A DNA stretch of 63,336 nt, filler included, from Lenisia limosa (lineage: Eukaryota; Protista; Breviatea): assembly GCA_001655205.1 (NCBI GenBank). It is 13 parts of 13 records of this genome, joined end to end, with 100 filler letters (N's around TTAATTAATTAA, not from the genome) between each part and the next. Parts side by side here need not be neighbours in the genome. Positions count along the whole stretch, not along the records: positions 57,263 to 61,219 come from LPNZ01006248.1; positions 61,320 to 63,336 come from LPNZ01007377.1; 11 more parts are not named here. One strand, written 5' to 3'. Below are positions 60,401-63,336 of this stretch, one piece after another. Each line of letters begins with the position of its first letter. Within the stretch, counting starts at the first letter, position 1. The notes beneath the pieces were generated by a model. That model worked only from the letters and a program-made list of their open reading frames with translations. It made no database searches and was not told the origin of the DNA. Both the position numbers and the translations under genes were made by a program.

Positions 60401-61219
60401 NNNNNNNNNNNNNNNNNNNNNNNNNNNAAGAAGACCGAATAAGAAGCAGAATTGAGAAGAGTGAGAAATGTGTACATCCACTTGGCTCAGAGGTTCAGTG
60501 TTTTTGCGTTGTGTGATAGAAACTTAATCTCAAATCATGATCTTTTACGGACACACCCCATAGATTACCTGCTGTTGGGCATTTGACGATGAGGCATCTC
60601 CATCAAGGACAACCTTAAAGGGTAAGCCGATAGTGGAATGTAATGTCCATAGAGTATTATGCCTGAGACTGCAAAACTGAACTATTGATATATCACAAGC
60701 CCTCGGTGTCAACAGTCCTCAAAGCAGACCTTGCCAGATGTTCCTGCGATTTTGTAGAGGAGTTCACCAATGAGAGTGACTGCCGACTGACGTACACGCC
60801 AGTTCTCGTCACCGAGACAGTCCTGGAGGGGGGGGGGGATAAGAAAGCAACTGGGTTTTAATTCGGTATTTCTATTCTCATTAATAGCTGCACATACTGT
60901 TATTAACGATTTCCCTAAAGTCCCAACGCGACCATAAACTATCGATATTGATACAGGATTTATCGATATTAAAAAAGATTTGGAAATACTGTTAGTTTTT
61001 GCAACCAAAGGAGCCCTCGTTGTTCTTGTTTTAAAAATAATCAAAGTACATAATATGACATGTGTTTTATCATTTATTACAGCAAATAACAAGTCAAATG
61101 CCTACGGTAAGGACGGGGAGAATGACGGGAATGGACGTGAGAGCGTAATGTCTAACTGTAGACAGGGCACCTTGCATCGCAATGTTACGCACAGCCTCGT
61201 TATCATCAGCAAGGCCGCG
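57440..61219 (-). CDS. GCN1: GCN1 HEAT-repeat translational activator, internal fragment (about 14 exons)
   Basis: RGLADDNEAVRNIAM, DCLGDENWRVRQSAVTLIGELLYKIAGTSGK, SLVYVARCDVAQGVRQAGLHVWKS, IVLNTPRTLRQIL, RTIASHCLGELVDKLGDQILPTILP, ALSDRSSDVRSSAGQAF, VLDGIRQLSLGKPRVVLPTLIP. Confidence 0.93.
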
Positions 61220-63336
61220 NNNNNNNNNNNNNNNNNNNNNNNNNNNNNNNNNNNNNNNNNNNNTTAATTAATTAANNNNNNNNNNNNNNNNNNNNNNNNN
61301 NNNNNNNNNNNNNNNNNNNCTCAACTCAATTTCACGGATATCTTTGGGAATAAATAGAGCAGGTACATAATAGAGCACATTCTATAAATATATAAATTTT
61401 TTTAAAATAAAAATGGGAGATAGGGGCTGATTCAATAGATGAGAAAGTGAGTCGATATGGAAAGAAAGCAATTTTTTTTTCATGTTAATATGTCAAGAAA
61501 GGGAATATTTGTATGTATAATGCCTGATTCCCCCGTTCCCCCATGGTGATTTGTTTATGGTATCCCTATGTATTTCAATTTGTATTGTTCAAAACAAAAC
61601 CTCATTANNNNNNNNNNNNNNNNNNNNNNNNNNNNNNNNNNNNNNNNNNNNNNNNNNNNNNNNNNNNNNNNNNNNNNNNNNNNNNNNNNNNNNNNNNNNN
61701 NNNNNNNNNNNNNNNNNNNNNNNNNNNNNNNNNNNNNNNNNNNNNNNCAAGAAAGGAGACAAAATTAAAGTAAGCTTTTCGTGACGTGCATTTTGGAGAA
61801 ATTATTTGACTTTTTGTTTACAATCGTTATCGTTACAGCATGACCCTAGGGCTTCACATTGGTTCGAAAAATGACTGCATTTCTCGATAAATCCTCGAAA
61901 ATTATCGATTTTACTGGTTTTTTTCGAACCGAAGTGAAGCCCTCATGTCCCACTACAATTTTTGAACTTCTAAGCCGCCCAATCATTTGCCTTATAACTC
62001 ACAAGCAAGTGTACAAAGTGGTTAAATTGACTTCTTTCAGGCTGTTGCGGATGGAATGGGCTTTAGAGTTACCCTTTTCAAACTTCCCTAGGTTGCATGT
62101 CCATCTTCCGTTTTTATGTATGTAATATTTAGTGGGGTGGCGTAGCCGAGTAGAGTGGATTTTCGATAATCTTTTTTTTATTATTGTTCATCGATCTTTT
62201 TCACCATTGAATCCTATAATAAGAATACTTGATCATCATGAACTTGCTTGCGTCTTCGCTCTCGTTAAACGCGTTGACAAAGAGAGTGCTGTTGAGCTAA
62301 TGCTACACAAAAATAATATCATGATCTATACTCGACAAGTAAAGAATCCCACCATATCACACGTTTACATTGTCTTCAATCTTGAGGAGGCACGCAGAAA
62401 GCAATGTGTATAGAGTTGTAAGGCAAAAAAAAGGCAAATGATCGGGTGAATTAATAGGACACTTGTATTCAATATCTCTTATAAGCGTGATTGTGTGGAC
62501 GGCTTCGGATAGATACTTATTTCAATATCTCTTATAAGCGTGATTGTGTGGACGGCTTCGGATTATTTCAATATCTCCTATAAGCGTGATTGTGTGGACA
62601 GCTTCGGCCATAAACATCCTTATATTTCTCATTGCTACATAATCACCCCCCCCCCNNNNNNNNNNNNNNNNNNNNNNNNNNNNNNNNNNNNNNNNNNNNN
62701 NNNNNNNNNNNNNNNNNNNNNNNNNNNNNNNNNNNNNNNNNNNNNNNNNNNNNNNNNNNNNNNNNNNNNNNNNNNNAACTACCCACCCAATAATAAAAGC
62801 ATTCAGCATTAACCCTTTTTTAGACTAGGAGGTCTTGGTTCATTGACTGTGGGAATTAGTACATCGTAGACCAGGATTGAAAACTAGAAAAACGCTCAAG
62901 AATCCCCACAGTTTAACGATAACACTATGCATCGACTTGTACTAGATGGGAATCCCATAAGTTTTTCTTCGGATTTCCACAAAATTCCATGGGATTATTA
63001 TTTAAAATAATGGGAATTCCCAAGTCGATGCGCCGTGCACCCCCCCCCNNNNNNNNNNNNNNNNNNNNNNNNNNNNNNNNNNNNNNNNNNNNNNNNNNNN
63101 NNNNNNNNNNNNNNNNNNNNNNNNNNNNNNNNNNNNNNNNNNNNNNNNNAACGTTGTCGCGTTGTCTTCTTCCACTGAGTTGTTGGAATAATATTGTGCA
63201 GCTATATACAGTATATATTATATAATTAGGTGACCCCACATAACCGTACCCAGCCACATAACCGTACCCACTTTCATAAAAATGGTCAAAATTCCACCTA
63301 AAAGCTCTCCATTTAGGGCCCAAAATACAGTTTTTG

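Noticed and set aside
12191-61319. TTAATTAATTAA within N blocks as a biological repeat; gene neighbourhoods across these blocks
   Set aside because: Identical artificial six-frame-stop linkers. GCN1, DCAF7, FAM21 and the 5-phosphatase stop at linkers and do not continue, so adjacency is meaningless.
62465-62640. CRISPR-like array (also 11026-11125, 40240-40350)
   Set aside because: No unique spacers and no cas genes; these are eukaryotic tandem repeats.
96-63323. Most short ORFs in the supplied track, especially those containing X runs
   Set aside because: They run through N gaps, introns or repeats and have no coding signature.

Overview
Eukaryotic (protist-like), intron-dense DNA in the standard genetic code. 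It is not one locus: 12 artificial N-TTAATTAATTAA-N linkers join 13 contigs, and genes are cut at the linkers. Recognisable spliced genes: ankyrin-repeat fragment, secreted ADA2/ADGF adenosine deaminase (apparently complete), PH + inositol polyphosphate 5-phosphatase, KDZ-type transposase-like fragment, FAM21/WASHC2 with an expanded repeat tail, cytohesin-like Sec7-PH ArfGEF, DCAF7, a PHD protein of KMT2E/SETD5 type apparently lacking SET, an RRM protein, GCN1, and tRNA-Lys(CTT). The most striking signal is in the introns. (1) Two related repeat families (A, D) form the 3' half of about 25 introns, almost always sense to the host gene, ending at TTTTAC-C-run-AG. (2) Many donors are GTGGG(G)n, several GTGGGG(GG)TAA, the reverse complement of that acceptor end, which is the layout expected of Introner-like TIR elements. 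(3) Splice-site-spanning segments are repeatedly tandem-duplicated. At least three TA-flanked MITE families and a hairpin-bearing repeat family also sit in introns. All identifications come from manual translation and remembered family motifs; no database search was run.
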